NCBI GenBank assembly: GCA_023818375.1
Contig: JAMWCC010000126.1
Coordinates: 2,684 to 47,071, forward strand
Reading direction: 5' to 3'
DNA length: 44,388 nucleotides
DNA from: Candidatus Omnitrophota bacterium
GTDB taxonomy: Bacteria > Ratteibacteria > UBA8468 > B48-G9 > DTJG01
In this document: in pieces, positions 20,177 through 29,564 of the stretch
Layout: each line of letters opens with the position of its first letter
Position numbering within the stretch: the stretch's first letter is position 1
Translations under genes and position numbers: made by a program
The notes under the pieces: generated by a model
What the model saw: the letters and a program-made list of their open reading frames with translations, nothing else
What the model was told of the DNA's origin: nothing
Databases searched by the model: none

Positions 20177-21418
20177 ATGGAAAATCCGTGGGAAATAGCT
20201 CAGAAACAGTTTGATAATGCTGCAGAAAAACTTGGGCTTCAGGAATGGTTGAGGCTGAAATTAAGAGAACCACGCAGAGTTTTAATTGTATCTGTGCCTG
20301 TTAGGATGGATGATGGATCCTTGCAAGTTTTTACAGGATACCGCAGCCAGCATAACACGGCTAGAGGTCCAGCAAAAGGTGGGATAAGGTATCATCCAGA
20401 TGTTACACTTGATGAGGTAGTGGCTTTGTCTATGTGGATGACATGGAAGTGTGCAGTAGTAAATGTTCCTTTTGGTGGTGGAAAAGGCGGAATCAGATGT
20501 AACCCGAAAACAATGTCTGTTGGAGAAATTGAAAGAATGACCAGGAGATACACTGCAGAAATCTTTGATATTATCGGACCAGAAAAAGACATCCCAGCTC
20601 CTGATGTTAATACGGATGCACAGGTGATGGCATGGATTATGGATACCTACTCGGTTTTTTCTGGAAGAAACGTTCCAGGAGTTGTAACTGGAAAACCCCT
20701 TGATATTGGAGGCTCTGCAGGAAGAGATGAAGCTACGGGAAGGGGTGTTTATTACACAATTTTAAATTATTTCAAGTACAAAAAGGAATCTATTGAAGGG
20801 AAAACAATAACCATTCAAGGATTTGGCAATGTCGGACAGCATGCAGCAACGCTTCTTGAAAAAGACGGTTTCAAGATTATAGGGGTTAGTGATTCTACCG
20901 GAGCAATTTATAATCCAGCAGGTTTGAATATAAATGAACTAAAGGAAATTAAAACAAAAACAAAAAAGGTAACCGATTATAAAGATGCAGAAAAATTACC
21001 CAGGGACGAAATCCTTTTTGAAAAAGCGGATATCTTAATACCTTCGGCTCTTGAAGCAGCTATTACAAAAGATAATGCCGATAAAATCAAGGCGCGTGTT
21101 ATATGTGAGGCTGCCAATGGACCGATCACGATCGATGCTGATAGTATTTTGCGTGAGAAAGGAATAACCGTGATTCCGGACATTCTTGCAAGCGCAGGCG
21201 GGGTAACGGTTTCCTATTTTGAATGGCTACAGAATATACAATCTTTCTACTGGACGCACCAGCAGGTAATTGAGAAACTTGAAGCAATTATGAATACTGC
21301 TTTTGATAGTGTCGTTCATCTGGCTGAGGAAAAGAAGGTTACACTTAGGGAAGCTGCATTGATGCTTGCCATCCTTAGGGTCGCTGAATCATCAAGATGC
21401 AGGGGATTATACCCTTGA
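20177..21418 (+). CDS. gdhA: Glutamate dehydrogenase (Glu/Leu/Phe/Val dehydrogenase family)
   Basis: GPAKGGIRYHP, MTWKCA, GGGKGG, DIPAPDV, VTGKP, QGFGNVG, EAANGP, GGVTVSYFEW. ATG 20177 after AAGGAAGG. Confidence 0.93.
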   Translation: MENPWEIAQKQFDNAAEKLGLQEWLRLKLREPRRVLIVSVPVRMDDGSLQVFTGYRSQHNTARGPAKGGIRYHPDVTLDEVVALSMWMTWKCAVVNVPFGGGKGGIRCNPKTMSVGEIERMTRRYTAEIFDIIGPEKDIPAPDVNTDAQVMAWIMDTYSVFSGRNVPGVVTGKPLDIGGSAGRDEATGRGVYYTILNYFKYKKESIEGKTITIQGFGNVGQHAATLLEKDGFKIIGVSDSTGAIYNPAGLNINELKEIKTKTKKVTDYKDAEKLPRDEILFEKADILIPSALEAAITKDNADKIKARVICEAANGPITIDADSILREKGITVIPDILASAGGVTVSYFEWLQNIQSFYWTHQQVIEKLEAIMNTAFDSVVHLAEEKKVTLREAALMLAILRVAESSRCRGLYP

Positions 21419-21419
21419 A

Positions 21420-22352
21420 ATGATGATAAAACTGGCTTTCATCGGGACAAACGAAGGAAACGGACACATCTTTTCTTGGAGTGCAATTATAAACGGAAGA
21501 TACGATCCAGAACTTATGAAACGATGCGGTTACCCGGTGATTTACGATTATCTTTCAAGTCAACCACAAGCGAATCTTGGGATTCCCGATGCCCGTGTTA
21601 CCCATGTTTGGACTCATGATAAGAAATTTTCTGAATTTGTTGCGAAAACGTGTTTTATTGAAAATATTATGAACAGTCCAGAAGAGGCAGTCGGTAAGGT
21701 AGATGCAGTTATCATAACAACCGATATTGCCTCTCAGCATATCATACTTGCCAAACCATTTATTGAAAAAAATATCCCTGTTTTTATAGATAAACCGCTT
21801 ACTGACAATGAAAAGGATCTTAAAGAATTCTACAGGTGGCATATGGAAGGAAGGCCTTTTATGTCCTGTTCAAGTGTTAGGTACGCAAAGGAAATTGATC
21901 CCTGTGAAATTATGAATGCAGGAAGACTACTGTTTATTAGTGGAATCATGTCAAAAACATGGGAAAGATATGGAGTTCATGCTGTAGAGGGACTATATAC
22001 GATAGCCGGTGGGAATATAAAATCCGTGCAAAACCTTGGGGAATATGACATTAATTTGGTGCTTGTTGAATTTTGGTCTGGGTTAAGAGCTTTGCTTCAG
22101 GTAATCTATAATTCCAATATTTTTGTTAGGTATGATATTTTTGGAGAGAAAAAAACACTCACCATTGAAACCAGGGATTACTTTCACATGTTTAAAAGGC
22201 AGCTTGAAAAATTTTTGGATTTTGTAAGAACAGGAAAATTACCTTTTCAATTTTCACAGACCATTGAAATCATAAAAGTTGTGATTGCTGGTATTAAATC
22301 CCGCAATGAAAAACGCAAGGTTTTCTTGGAAGAAATATGTCTGGAGGAATAG
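21420..22352 (+). CDS. Gfo/Idh/MocA family oxidoreductase
   Basis: N-terminal Rossmann-like strand, VDAVII, PVFIDKPL, YGVHAVE. Start refined to just after the gdh stop. Confidence 0.8.
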   Translation: MMIKLAFIGTNEGNGHIFSWSAIINGRYDPELMKRCGYPVIYDYLSSQPQANLGIPDARVTHVWTHDKKFSEFVAKTCFIENIMNSPEEAVGKVDAVIITTDIASQHIILAKPFIEKNIPVFIDKPLTDNEKDLKEFYRWHMEGRPFMSCSSVRYAKEIDPCEIMNAGRLLFISGIMSKTWERYGVHAVEGLYTIAGGNIKSVQNLGEYDINLVLVEFWSGLRALLQVIYNSNIFVRYDIFGEKKTLTIETRDYFHMFKRQLEKFLDFVRTGKLPFQFSQTIEIIKVVIAGIKSRNEKRKVFLEEICLEE

Positions 22353-22353
22353 A

Positions 22354-23130
22354 ATGGGGATACTTGATGACTTTAAGCTTACAGATAGGGTAGCTGTGGT
22401 TACGGGAGGTGCAGGTAGATATGGAAAATTTATAGTTGAAGGTCTTGCAGAAGCAGGTGCTATTGTTTATGTCGTGTCAAGAAATATTGAGAACTGCGAA
22501 AATTTTGCCTCAAAAATGAGGGAAAAGGGCTTTCAGGTTTTTTCAGGTTATCTGGATATGGGAAAAACAGAAAGTATTTTAGCTATGAAAGAAAAGGTGA
22601 TAAAACAGCAGGGGAAAATAGATATTCTTGTTAACAATGCTGTCTTGAGACCTATGAAGCACTATAATGATCCGATCGAAGCATTTGACCAATCTATGAA
22701 GATAAACGCTACAGGGATTATGGACACTACCAGGATATTTGCTGAGGATATGATGAAAAGAAAAAGAGGAGTTATTATCAACATCTCTTCTATAATGGGA
22801 GTTGTTGGACCGGATTTTACCCTTTACGAAGGAACATATATGGATGCACCGCCAGATTACTTTTTCCATAGAGCAGGAATCATATCCCTAACAAGATATC
22901 TTGCAGCAAAATATGCACCTTACAATATCAGGGTAAACTGTATTTCACCTGGGGGACTATTTGAGAATCAGCCAAAGGAATTTGTTGAGAGGTACAATAA
23001 ACGAACATTTTTAGGCAGGATGGCAAAAGGACATGATATAAAGGGTGTGGTAGTATTCTTGGCATCAGATGCATCGTCCTACATCACGGGTGAAAATATC
23101 CTTGTTGATGGAGGTTATACAAAAAAATGA
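22354..23130 (+). CDS. Short-chain dehydrogenase/reductase
   Basis: VTGGAGRYG, DILVNNA, NISS, RVNCISPGG, SYITGENILVDGG. The catalytic YxxxK appears as YFFHR. Confidence 0.9.
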   Translation: MGILDDFKLTDRVAVVTGGAGRYGKFIVEGLAEAGAIVYVVSRNIENCENFASKMREKGFQVFSGYLDMGKTESILAMKEKVIKQQGKIDILVNNAVLRPMKHYNDPIEAFDQSMKINATGIMDTTRIFAEDMMKRKRGVIINISSIMGVVGPDFTLYEGTYMDAPPDYFFHRAGIISLTRYLAAKYAPYNIRVNCISPGGLFENQPKEFVERYNKRTFLGRMAKGHDIKGVVVFLASDASSYITGENILVDGGYTKK

Positions 23131-24107
23131 AAAAAATTTTGATAGTCGGTTGTGGTGGAATAGGGAAAAGGCATATAGACGGCTTTCTCAGAACTGGTAA
23201 ATGTAGAGTATCTGTTTGTGATATAGATAACGAAAAACTGCAGCAGCTTGAAAACAAATATCCACTGGATTCATTATTCACTGACTTTTTTTCTGTAGAT
23301 ATTAGTAAGTTCGATGCTGTTTTGATTGCAACGCCTGCAAATCAGCATATAAAAATGGCGAAAAGATGTTGTCAAATGCAAGTACCGTTTCTACTTGAAA
23401 AGCCGCTTGCAGTAACACTTGAAGGAGTGGATGAGCTCATAGACATGTCAAAAAAGAGTAATATTGTGTGTGCTGTGGGTTACACAAGACGCAGTATACC
23501 TTCCTTCAAAAAGTTTAAACAGCTTGCTGATTCAGGGATGGCAGGTGAGATTAAAATGGCAAATTTCTATTGTGGCCAGGATTATAGAAAATACAGACCT
23601 GATTATTCAAACATTTATTTTTCAAGGAGGTCAACAGGTGGTGGTGTTCTTAGGGATTTTGTAACCCATTTTATTGATCTTGCTCAGTGGATACTCGGAA
23701 AACCAAAAAGAGGTTTTGCATTGACTGCGAATCTTGTTTTTGGAAATGCTGTGGAAACGGATGATTCTGCTATAGTTATTGGTGAATTTGCAGGAAAGTT
23801 GGCAAATTTTTATTGTAATGGTTTTCAAAAACCAAACGAGTTAGTTATAGACCTTGCAGGAACAAAAGGGAATCTCAAATATACTCTTGCGACAAGATTT
23901 TTATCGAAAATTTTGTTTTCGAACGACGATTCAGGAAACTGGCAGGAGATTGTCTGTTTCCATGATGAGATATTTGATTACTATCTTTACCAGGCTCAAG
24001 AGTTTTTGAAGATGCTGGATGGAGAGATTTGTGAATTGACAACACTTGAGGAAGCTGCAGAAAATTTAAAGTTCATTATTGATGTAATCGAAAGAAGTAA
24101 AGATTAA
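23127..24107 (+). CDS. Gfo/Idh/MocA family oxidoreductase
   Basis: VGCGGIG, IATP, LEKPL, GGGVLRDFVTHFID. Confidence 0.9.
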   Translation: MKKILIVGCGGIGKRHIDGFLRTGKCRVSVCDIDNEKLQQLENKYPLDSLFTDFFSVDISKFDAVLIATPANQHIKMAKRCCQMQVPFLLEKPLAVTLEGVDELIDMSKKSNIVCAVGYTRRSIPSFKKFKQLADSGMAGEIKMANFYCGQDYRKYRPDYSNIYFSRRSTGGGVLRDFVTHFIDLAQWILGKPKRGFALTANLVFGNAVETDDSAIVIGEFAGKLANFYCNGFQKPNELVIDLAGTKGNLKYTLATRFLSKILFSNDDSGNWQEIVCFHDEIFDYYLYQAQEFLKMLDGEICELTTLEEAAENLKFIIDVIERSKD

Positions 24108-24874
24108 TGTTCGGTGCGTTTTTCCTCGGTTTGTGGCTTGCCTTTGGCTTAATAATTCTCGGCATTGAATTTTACTATTTTATCGTTTCAAGATACTTAG
24201 AAAAGGACCTTTCTGGATTAGAGGCTTTGATCTTAATTTTTTGTTTTGCTATTTCTATTTTCATGTTTATTAAATCAATTTTCCATGAGGAAATGATAAT
24301 CCTGCGATTGTTTTCACTCTTGCCTTTGCCATTGGCAAGGGGAGTTATTTACACTATCGGTTTCACCAAGGAGAAAGTTCAGCAGAAAATTGAGGAAGAA
24401 AAGTCTTTAAGAGATTGGTTGTACACAATAGAAAAACAACCTGATAATGTAAATGCCTATGTTTCTATTGGTGATATATATTTTGAGAAAAAGGATTATG
24501 AAAAAGCTCTTGAATTCTATAATAAAGCTTACAAGATTATGGAGATGCCTTATATTTTAAAAAGAATCAGGACTAGCGAAAAAGAATTAAAAATACAAAA
24601 AGGAGTTATCTGGGTTTGTCCTGAATGTAGTTTTGATAATTTGAATGAGGTAAAGCAATGTAAGATATGCGGATACTCAAAAGTTGACAGAAACATTTTA
24701 AGGGATATCAAACACCTCAAAAAAGAAATTTTTAAAGGAATTGCAATAATAATTTTTGGACCCCTTGTTTTAATATTTCTTGCTGCCCTATACATAATCC
24801 TTCCAATATACATTGCATTGGGGATTACGCTTTTGATGATTTATTTTACAATCAAGTATTTTGTGACTTACTAA
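24107..24874 (+). CDS. Membrane protein with TPR repeat and C4 zinc ribbon
   Basis: Three N-terminal TM segments, TPR 'AYVSIGDIYFEKKDYEKALEFYNKA', W.CPEC...N...CKICG, two C-terminal TM segments. Confidence 0.75.
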   Translation: MFGAFFLGLWLAFGLIILGIEFYYFIVSRYLEKDLSGLEALILIFCFAISIFMFIKSIFHEEMIILRLFSLLPLPLARGVIYTIGFTKEKVQQKIEEEKSLRDWLYTIEKQPDNVNAYVSIGDIYFEKKDYEKALEFYNKAYKIMEMPYILKRIRTSEKELKIQKGVIWVCPECSFDNLNEVKQCKICGYSKVDRNILRDIKHLKKEIFKGIAIIIFGPLVLIFLAALYIILPIYIALGITLLMIYFTIKYFVTY

Positions 24875-25539
24875 TCAAATACCAAAGTAAGCCACTGGTC
24901 AAATTTGTGGAAATTTCTATCAGTTAAATAGGCACAAGAAGAAAGCTCCCGATAATTTTTTAATACATAACTGTAATCATATCTTGCAAGATGGAACAGC
25001 CATTTTTCGCCTTTCTTTGGAGGATTTTTTAAAGTAGGTAAACTTAAAAAAGGAATTGCTATTTCAATTGTCCAGTGGTTATCGAAATCCGATGGGTCAT
25101 TAATTGTACCAGAAACGAAGCTTTCAACAAGTATTCCTTCACAATTCCATTTTGAAGACTCAATGATACTTTTGTTAGTTCTTTCTGGATAAACGAAAAA
25201 TGCATCAAAAATGGTTTTGATAGGAGAAAATTCGAACTCAAAATATGGACCTCCACTACAAGAAGTCATAATGAAAACTTCGACTACATCTTCTTCCCAG
25301 ATGGGACTGTCTCTTCTGACATATGTTGCCCTTATATCTTTGTCAAAGCATGTAAAACCAACATATAGATATTTTTGATTGTACAACAACTTTGCAACAG
25401 TTTTTGAAACCGGTTGTTGAAGAGTGACTGGGACAAAAAATTCCAGGGCTTTTGCGAGATACCAGTCTTGTTCATCCAGTAGACCATCTATTTTTAATTC
25501 TTTATCTATTCTTGGGCATCTGTATGCAATTTTGCACAT
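24871..25539 (-). CDS. Carbohydrate-binding family 9-like (DOMON-like) protein, no signal peptide
   Basis: KIDGLLDEQDW, YLYVGFTCFD, EEDVVEVFI, YFEFEFSP, WTIEIAIPF. Confidence 0.8.
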   Translation of the reverse strand: MCKIAYRCPRIDKELKIDGLLDEQDWYLAKALEFFVPVTLQQPVSKTVAKLLYNQKYLYVGFTCFDKDIRATYVRRDSPIWEEDVVEVFIMTSCSGGPYFEFEFSPIKTIFDAFFVYPERTNKSIIESSKWNCEGILVESFVSGTINDPSDFDNHWTIEIAIPFLSLPTLKNPPKKGEKWLFHLARYDYSYVLKNYRELSSCAYLTDRNFHKFDQWLTLVFD

Positions 25540-25556
25540 TTTAGTAGTAAAAAATG

Positions 25557-25627
25557 AGCGGGATACGGGAATCGAACCCGCACTTCAAGCTTGGGAAGCT
25601 TGCACTCTACCATTGAGTTAATCCCGC
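25557..25627 (-). tRNA. tRNA-Gly (anticodon CCC)
   Basis: Reverse complement GCGGGAT..ACTCAATGGTAGAGT..CAAGC TTCCCAA GCTTG..GCGGGTTCGATTCCCGT ATCCCGC T folds as a cloverleaf. CCA not encoded. Confidence 0.95.
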
Positions 25628-25660
25628 TTATATAAGATTATACATTTGAGGAAAACAAAA

Positions 25661-26122
25661 TCAAGATTTCTGGATTTGGCTGGTAACCGTAGTAATTTTT
25701 TCGATATTTCTTTTGGAAGGAAAGAACCTAAATCCTGAAAAAAATGAGATAGCACAAAAAATAATGACCCATGAAATATTTCCAGAGATAATAAACCCAA
25801 TAAATCCTGAAAGTCCGATATAATTAAGTACACCAAGGCCAATAATATTGAACATATAAGGAGAAAAAAATTGATTTTTCCTTCTAATTTTTTTTTGGAT
25901 TAAATGCATTATGCCATCTATAAAGAAAAAAACTGCAAGACCAGAAAGATAAAGAAAATATTGAATTGATCTAGCGGTGTTGTTTATTTCGTAAAATTCT
26001 GGAGATGGTTGATAACAATGAATTTTTTTTAAGTAAACTGCGATAAGAGCCAGAAAAAGCGGACTGAAAAAAAATAAAAAATTGAATAGTTTCAAAATTT
26101 TTTCATTATATTTTTTTTCCAT
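25661..26122 (-). CDS. Hypothetical membrane protein (about 4 TM)
   Basis: 153-aa ORF with four hydrophobic segments. Confidence 0.65.
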   Translation of the reverse strand: MEKKYNEKILKLFNFLFFFSPLFLALIAVYLKKIHCYQPSPEFYEINNTARSIQYFLYLSGLAVFFFIDGIMHLIQKKIRRKNQFFSPYMFNIIGLGVLNYIGLSGFIGFIISGNISWVIIFCAISFFSGFRFFPSKRNIEKITTVTSQIQKS

Positions 26123-26140
26123 GGCACATATTATAACATC

Positions 26141-26169
26141 TTGACTGTAAAGTTAAAAAAAAATATACT
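26141..26169 (+). promoter_or_regulatory. sigma70 promoter of tRNA-Arg
   Basis: TTGACT, 17-bp spacer, TATACT, ending 7 nt before the tRNA 5' end. Confidence 0.8.
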
Positions 26170-26176
26170 TTTTATA

Positions 26177-26250
26177 GCGCCTGTAGCTCAATAGGATAGA
26201 GCATCTGCCTTCTAAGCAGAGGGCTGCCCGTTCGATTCGGGCCAGGCGCG
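26177..26250 (+). tRNA. tRNA-Arg (anticodon TCT)
   Basis: Acceptor GCGCCTG/CAGGCGC, anticodon arm TCTGC-CTTCTAA-GCAGA, T arm GCCCG-TTCGATT-CGGGC. CCA not encoded. Confidence 0.95.
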
Positions 26251-26271
26251 CATTCAAACCTTTAATCAAAA

Positions 26272-27123
26272 ATGTTAATTCCACATAGAAAACTTAAGGA
26301 TGGTACCTCGATCTCCATTATTGGTGCTGGTGGATTGATGTTCTCGGGTCTCCTCCAGGTAAAAGTGGATGAGGTTGTTGATACAGCAATTTCAAACGGG
26401 ATCAATTTCTTTGATGTTGCGCCGACTTATGGTGATGCCGAGATTAAACTTGGAAATGCGCTTGAAGGAAAGAGGAAAAATATACTTTTATCCTGCAAAA
26501 CAACCAGAAGAGATAGAAATAATGCACTTTCTGAACTGCGTCAATCAATGAAAAATTTAAAAACAGATTATTTTGATTTTTATGTTATGCACGGAATAAG
26601 GGATGTAGAGAAAGATGTTCAGTCCGCTTGTTCAAAGAATGGAATGCTTGAATTGGCTATTGAAGTTAAAAAACAGGGTATTGTTCGGAGAATCGGATTT
26701 AGTGCTCATACTGAAGAAGCAGCAATTGCAGCTTTGAACAAATTTGATTTTGATTTCATCATGTTCCCGATTAATATCTTTTGTTTTTTAAAGGTGGGTT
26801 TCGGAGAAAAAGTATTGGAAGCGGCAAGAAAGAGAAATGTAGACGTTATCGGCATAAAATGTTTTGCACTTCAAAAATGGAAAGAAAACTCCGAAAAATC
26901 AAAATATCCCAATTGCTGGTATCAGCCAATCGAAGATATCGAAATTGCGAAAATCGCTTTTTCATGGGCAGTAAATAAAGGGATCGTATCCATTATTCCG
27001 CCTGCAGATGTTGAAGTATTTTGTAATGCTATCAAGATCGCAAGAATGAAACTTGAACTTAAACAAGCACACCTGGCAAGAATTAAAAAAATTGTGGACA
27101 ATATTGAACCCATCTTCCCATAA
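26272..27123 (+). CDS. Aldo/keto reductase
   Basis: GINFFDVAPTYGDAE, SCKT, LKTDYFDFYVMH, RIGFSAH. Confidence 0.9.
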   Translation: MLIPHRKLKDGTSISIIGAGGLMFSGLLQVKVDEVVDTAISNGINFFDVAPTYGDAEIKLGNALEGKRKNILLSCKTTRRDRNNALSELRQSMKNLKTDYFDFYVMHGIRDVEKDVQSACSKNGMLELAIEVKKQGIVRRIGFSAHTEEAAIAALNKFDFDFIMFPINIFCFLKVGFGEKVLEAARKRNVDVIGIKCFALQKWKENSEKSKYPNCWYQPIEDIEIAKIAFSWAVNKGIVSIIPPADVEVFCNAIKIARMKLELKQAHLARIKKIVDNIEPIFP

Positions 27124-27160
27124 AGTGCTTTTAAAAGTATTTTTTTGTTGCGTATGGTGT

Positions 27161-27188
27161 TTGAATTCTTCCTTAGATTTGTTATAAT
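27161..27188 (+). promoter_or_regulatory. Putative sigma70 promoter of tRNA-Lys
   Basis: TTGAAT, 16-bp spacer, TATAAT with extended -10 (TGnTATAAT). Confidence 0.65.
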
Positions 27189-27200
27189 AGTTTTATCAAT

Positions 27201-27273
27201 GGGCCGTTAGCTCAACAGGCAGAGCAGGGCACTCTTAATGCCAAGGCTGGAGGTTCGATTCCTCCACGGCCTA
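27201..27273 (+). tRNA. tRNA-Lys (anticodon CTT)
   Basis: Acceptor GGGCCGT/ACGGCCT, anticodon loop CTCTTAA, T arm GGAGG-TTCGATT-CCTCC. CCA not encoded. Confidence 0.93.
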
Positions 27274-27408
27274 TAACATTAAATTGGAAAAGCTAATTGC
27301 TAAGAAAATCATGCAAAGACAATATACCTTCATATTTTTTAAAATTTATCGACTTTCCGTATCTATCTTTATTAGACCAATTTTTACTTTTGCCTTATGG
27401 GGTAGTTA

Positions 27409-28125
27409 ATGGCAAATGTCGTCTATCTACCTGCAAAAGGGAAAGCTGTTTTTGTTGGTGATACACACGGCGATATTCAAGCATCAAGATCTATTATCAA
27501 GAGGTTCGCAACAAGGGATTATTTTGTGGTTTTTCTCGGTGATTATGTTGATAGGGGAGAGAAAAGCCGCGAAAATATAGATTTTCTAATTTCAGAGCAG
27601 AAGAAAAATTCGAGAATAGTGCTTCTTGCTGGTAATCACGAAATGAATTTAATAGAACCTGTGTCACCTTCAGACTTCTGGGACGGCTTGAGCGAGATTG
27701 AAGCTTATGACTATTCAAAAATTTTCAATACGTTTCCCCTGGCAGTTTCTGGAAATGGTTTTGTGGCAGTTCACGCAGGACTTCCTGATTTGGCAAATCT
27801 TGAAGAGTGGGATAAAATAAAATCGGGTGACAAAAACTGGATGTATTTACTTTGGGCGGATTTCAGGGATAAAGATGGTGAGTATCTTGGAGAAATATGC
27901 GGAAGGATAAAATTGGGGCGAGATTATTTTTATAGGATTATGAATGCCATTGGCAAAAATGTACTTATTCGTTCTCATGACCCCTACGCCCCTGAAAAGA
28001 TGTTCAATAAAAGATGCCTCACCATTTTTACCTCATCCAGTTATGGCAGGGAACGCAAGATTGCCGTACTGGATCTGTCCAAGGAACTGGAATCCACTGA
28101 TGATGTTGAGTTGATTTCATTTTAA
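27409..28125 (+). CDS. PPP-family Ser/Thr protein phosphatase (metallophosphoesterase)
   Basis: GDTHG, GDYVDRG, GNHE, HAG, LLWAD, IRSH, LTIFTS. Confidence 0.9.
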   Translation: MANVVYLPAKGKAVFVGDTHGDIQASRSIIKRFATRDYFVVFLGDYVDRGEKSRENIDFLISEQKKNSRIVLLAGNHEMNLIEPVSPSDFWDGLSEIEAYDYSKIFNTFPLAVSGNGFVAVHAGLPDLANLEEWDKIKSGDKNWMYLLWADFRDKDGEYLGEICGRIKLGRDYFYRIMNAIGKNVLIRSHDPYAPEKMFNKRCLTIFTSSSYGRERKIAVLDLSKELESTDDVELISF

Positions 28126-28127
28126 TC

Positions 28128-29003
28128 ATGGCGAGAAATTTTTCAGAGTATTATCTGGCAGAAAAAGTAGGGGTTGGTGCCTTTGCCACGGTTTATAAGG
28201 CTTATTCACAGCTTCAAAAACCAACGTATGGCAAGGTTGTGGCTATTAAAATTCTGAATGAGAAGATTTATGGAGCCAGTGAAAGCAAGGTAATAAAGCA
28301 ATTTGAAAGGGAAGCAAGCATCGCAATGCAATTGAACCACGAAAATGTTGTAAAGGTTTATAACTGGGGAAAATTCAATGGAAGGTACGCCATGATCATG
28401 GAGTTTGTGGATGGCAAGAACCTTAATGAATTCATACATGAGCCGGAAAAATATAGTTTTACTACCCTTGTTGCAATAGGATATAAGATTGCTTCTGGTT
28501 TGATTCATATACATTCACATGGAATTGTGCATAAGGACATAAAACCGGAGAACGTCCTTGTTTCAAATGATTTAAAGATTGTTAAGATAACTGATTTTGG
28601 TATAGCCAAAGTACCAAGAAGATGGTGGCAGAGAGACCTATTTGATAGAGCAGGGAGTGAAAGGAGATTCAGCCATATTTCTTATGCTGCTCCAGAACAG
28701 AAGGAAGGAAGATCTGACGCGCGTTCTGATATTTACAGCCTTGGTGTTTTAATTGATGAACTTCTAACTGTAAAGTTGTCATTGCCTGAAATTCCTGGTA
28801 AGAATGAGCAAGATTATTTCAGAAGAATTTCAGAGGTGATATTCAAATACAGAAAAACGCAAATGCTTCTGTCAGAGCATTTACCCATTCCCGATCAATT
28901 TAAGGATATTCTTAGAAAGGCAACACATGACAATCCGGAAATGAGGTTCCAAACATCTTCAGAATTTGCCTACGCACTTTCAAGGTTCATCGATTACGTC
29001 TGA
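28128..29003 (+). CDS. Hanks-type Ser/Thr protein kinase (kinase domain only)
   Basis: GVGAFATVY, VAIK, HKDIKPEN, DFG, APE, SDIYSLG, terminal 'NPEMRF'. Confidence 0.92.
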   Translation: MARNFSEYYLAEKVGVGAFATVYKAYSQLQKPTYGKVVAIKILNEKIYGASESKVIKQFEREASIAMQLNHENVVKVYNWGKFNGRYAMIMEFVDGKNLNEFIHEPEKYSFTTLVAIGYKIASGLIHIHSHGIVHKDIKPENVLVSNDLKIVKITDFGIAKVPRRWWQRDLFDRAGSERRFSHISYAAPEQKEGRSDARSDIYSLGVLIDELLTVKLSLPEIPGKNEQDYFRRISEVIFKYRKTQMLLSEHLPIPDQFKDILRKATHDNPEMRFQTSSEFAYALSRFIDYV

Positions 29004-29013
29004 AAAGCAGGAT

Positions 29014-29487
29014 TCACAAGTTTTCAATCAAAACTGAAGCAAAACATGCAATTGCCTTTTTTTTACCGATTTCACCAAGACCTTCCATTGTTTTTGCTTT
29101 TATCCCAATACATGACGGATCAATCTTTAGTACCTCTGCGATATTTTTTTTCATCATTTCGTACCAGGGTTTGATATAGGGTGATTCTGTTAAGATTACG
29201 ATGTCTAAATTCACTATTTTACCGCCCATCTTTCTAAGAGAATTAAAATAACTTTCAAGAATCAGCCTGCTGCTTATTCCTTTTATCGATTTGTCAGTAT
29301 TTGGGAATCTTGTTCCTATATCTTCTATGCCAAGGGCGCCTGCAAGTGCATCACTAATTGAATGAAAGACCACATCTCCATCACTGTGTCCTTTCAATCC
29401 TGAATGGTATGGTATCTGAATTCCTCCAAGGATTAATCTTTTTCCCTTTACCAATTTATGAATATCAAATCCTAGCCCTATTCTCAT
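29014..29487 (-). CDS. ispF: 2-C-methyl-D-erythritol 2,4-cyclodiphosphate synthase
   Basis: MRIGLGFDIH, GHSDGDV, DIGTRFP, KAKTMEGLG. Start refined to ATG 29487. Confidence 0.95.
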   Translation of the reverse strand: MRIGLGFDIHKLVKGKRLILGGIQIPYHSGLKGHSDGDVVFHSISDALAGALGIEDIGTRFPNTDKSIKGISSRLILESYFNSLRKMGGKIVNLDIVILTESPYIKPWYEMMKKNIAEVLKIDPSCIGIKAKTMEGLGEIGKKKAIACFASVLIENL

Positions 29488-29564
29488 AGTGAAGATAATA
29501 CCAAAGAACGAAAATTGATTCAAGTTTGAATTTTATTAAAAGCTGAGTGTGTTATACAATAATA

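Noticed and set aside
25557-27273. tRNA-anchored genomic island or prophage
   Set aside because: No integrase or phage genes in the window, and I noticed no duplicated tRNA 3' end (checked by eye only).
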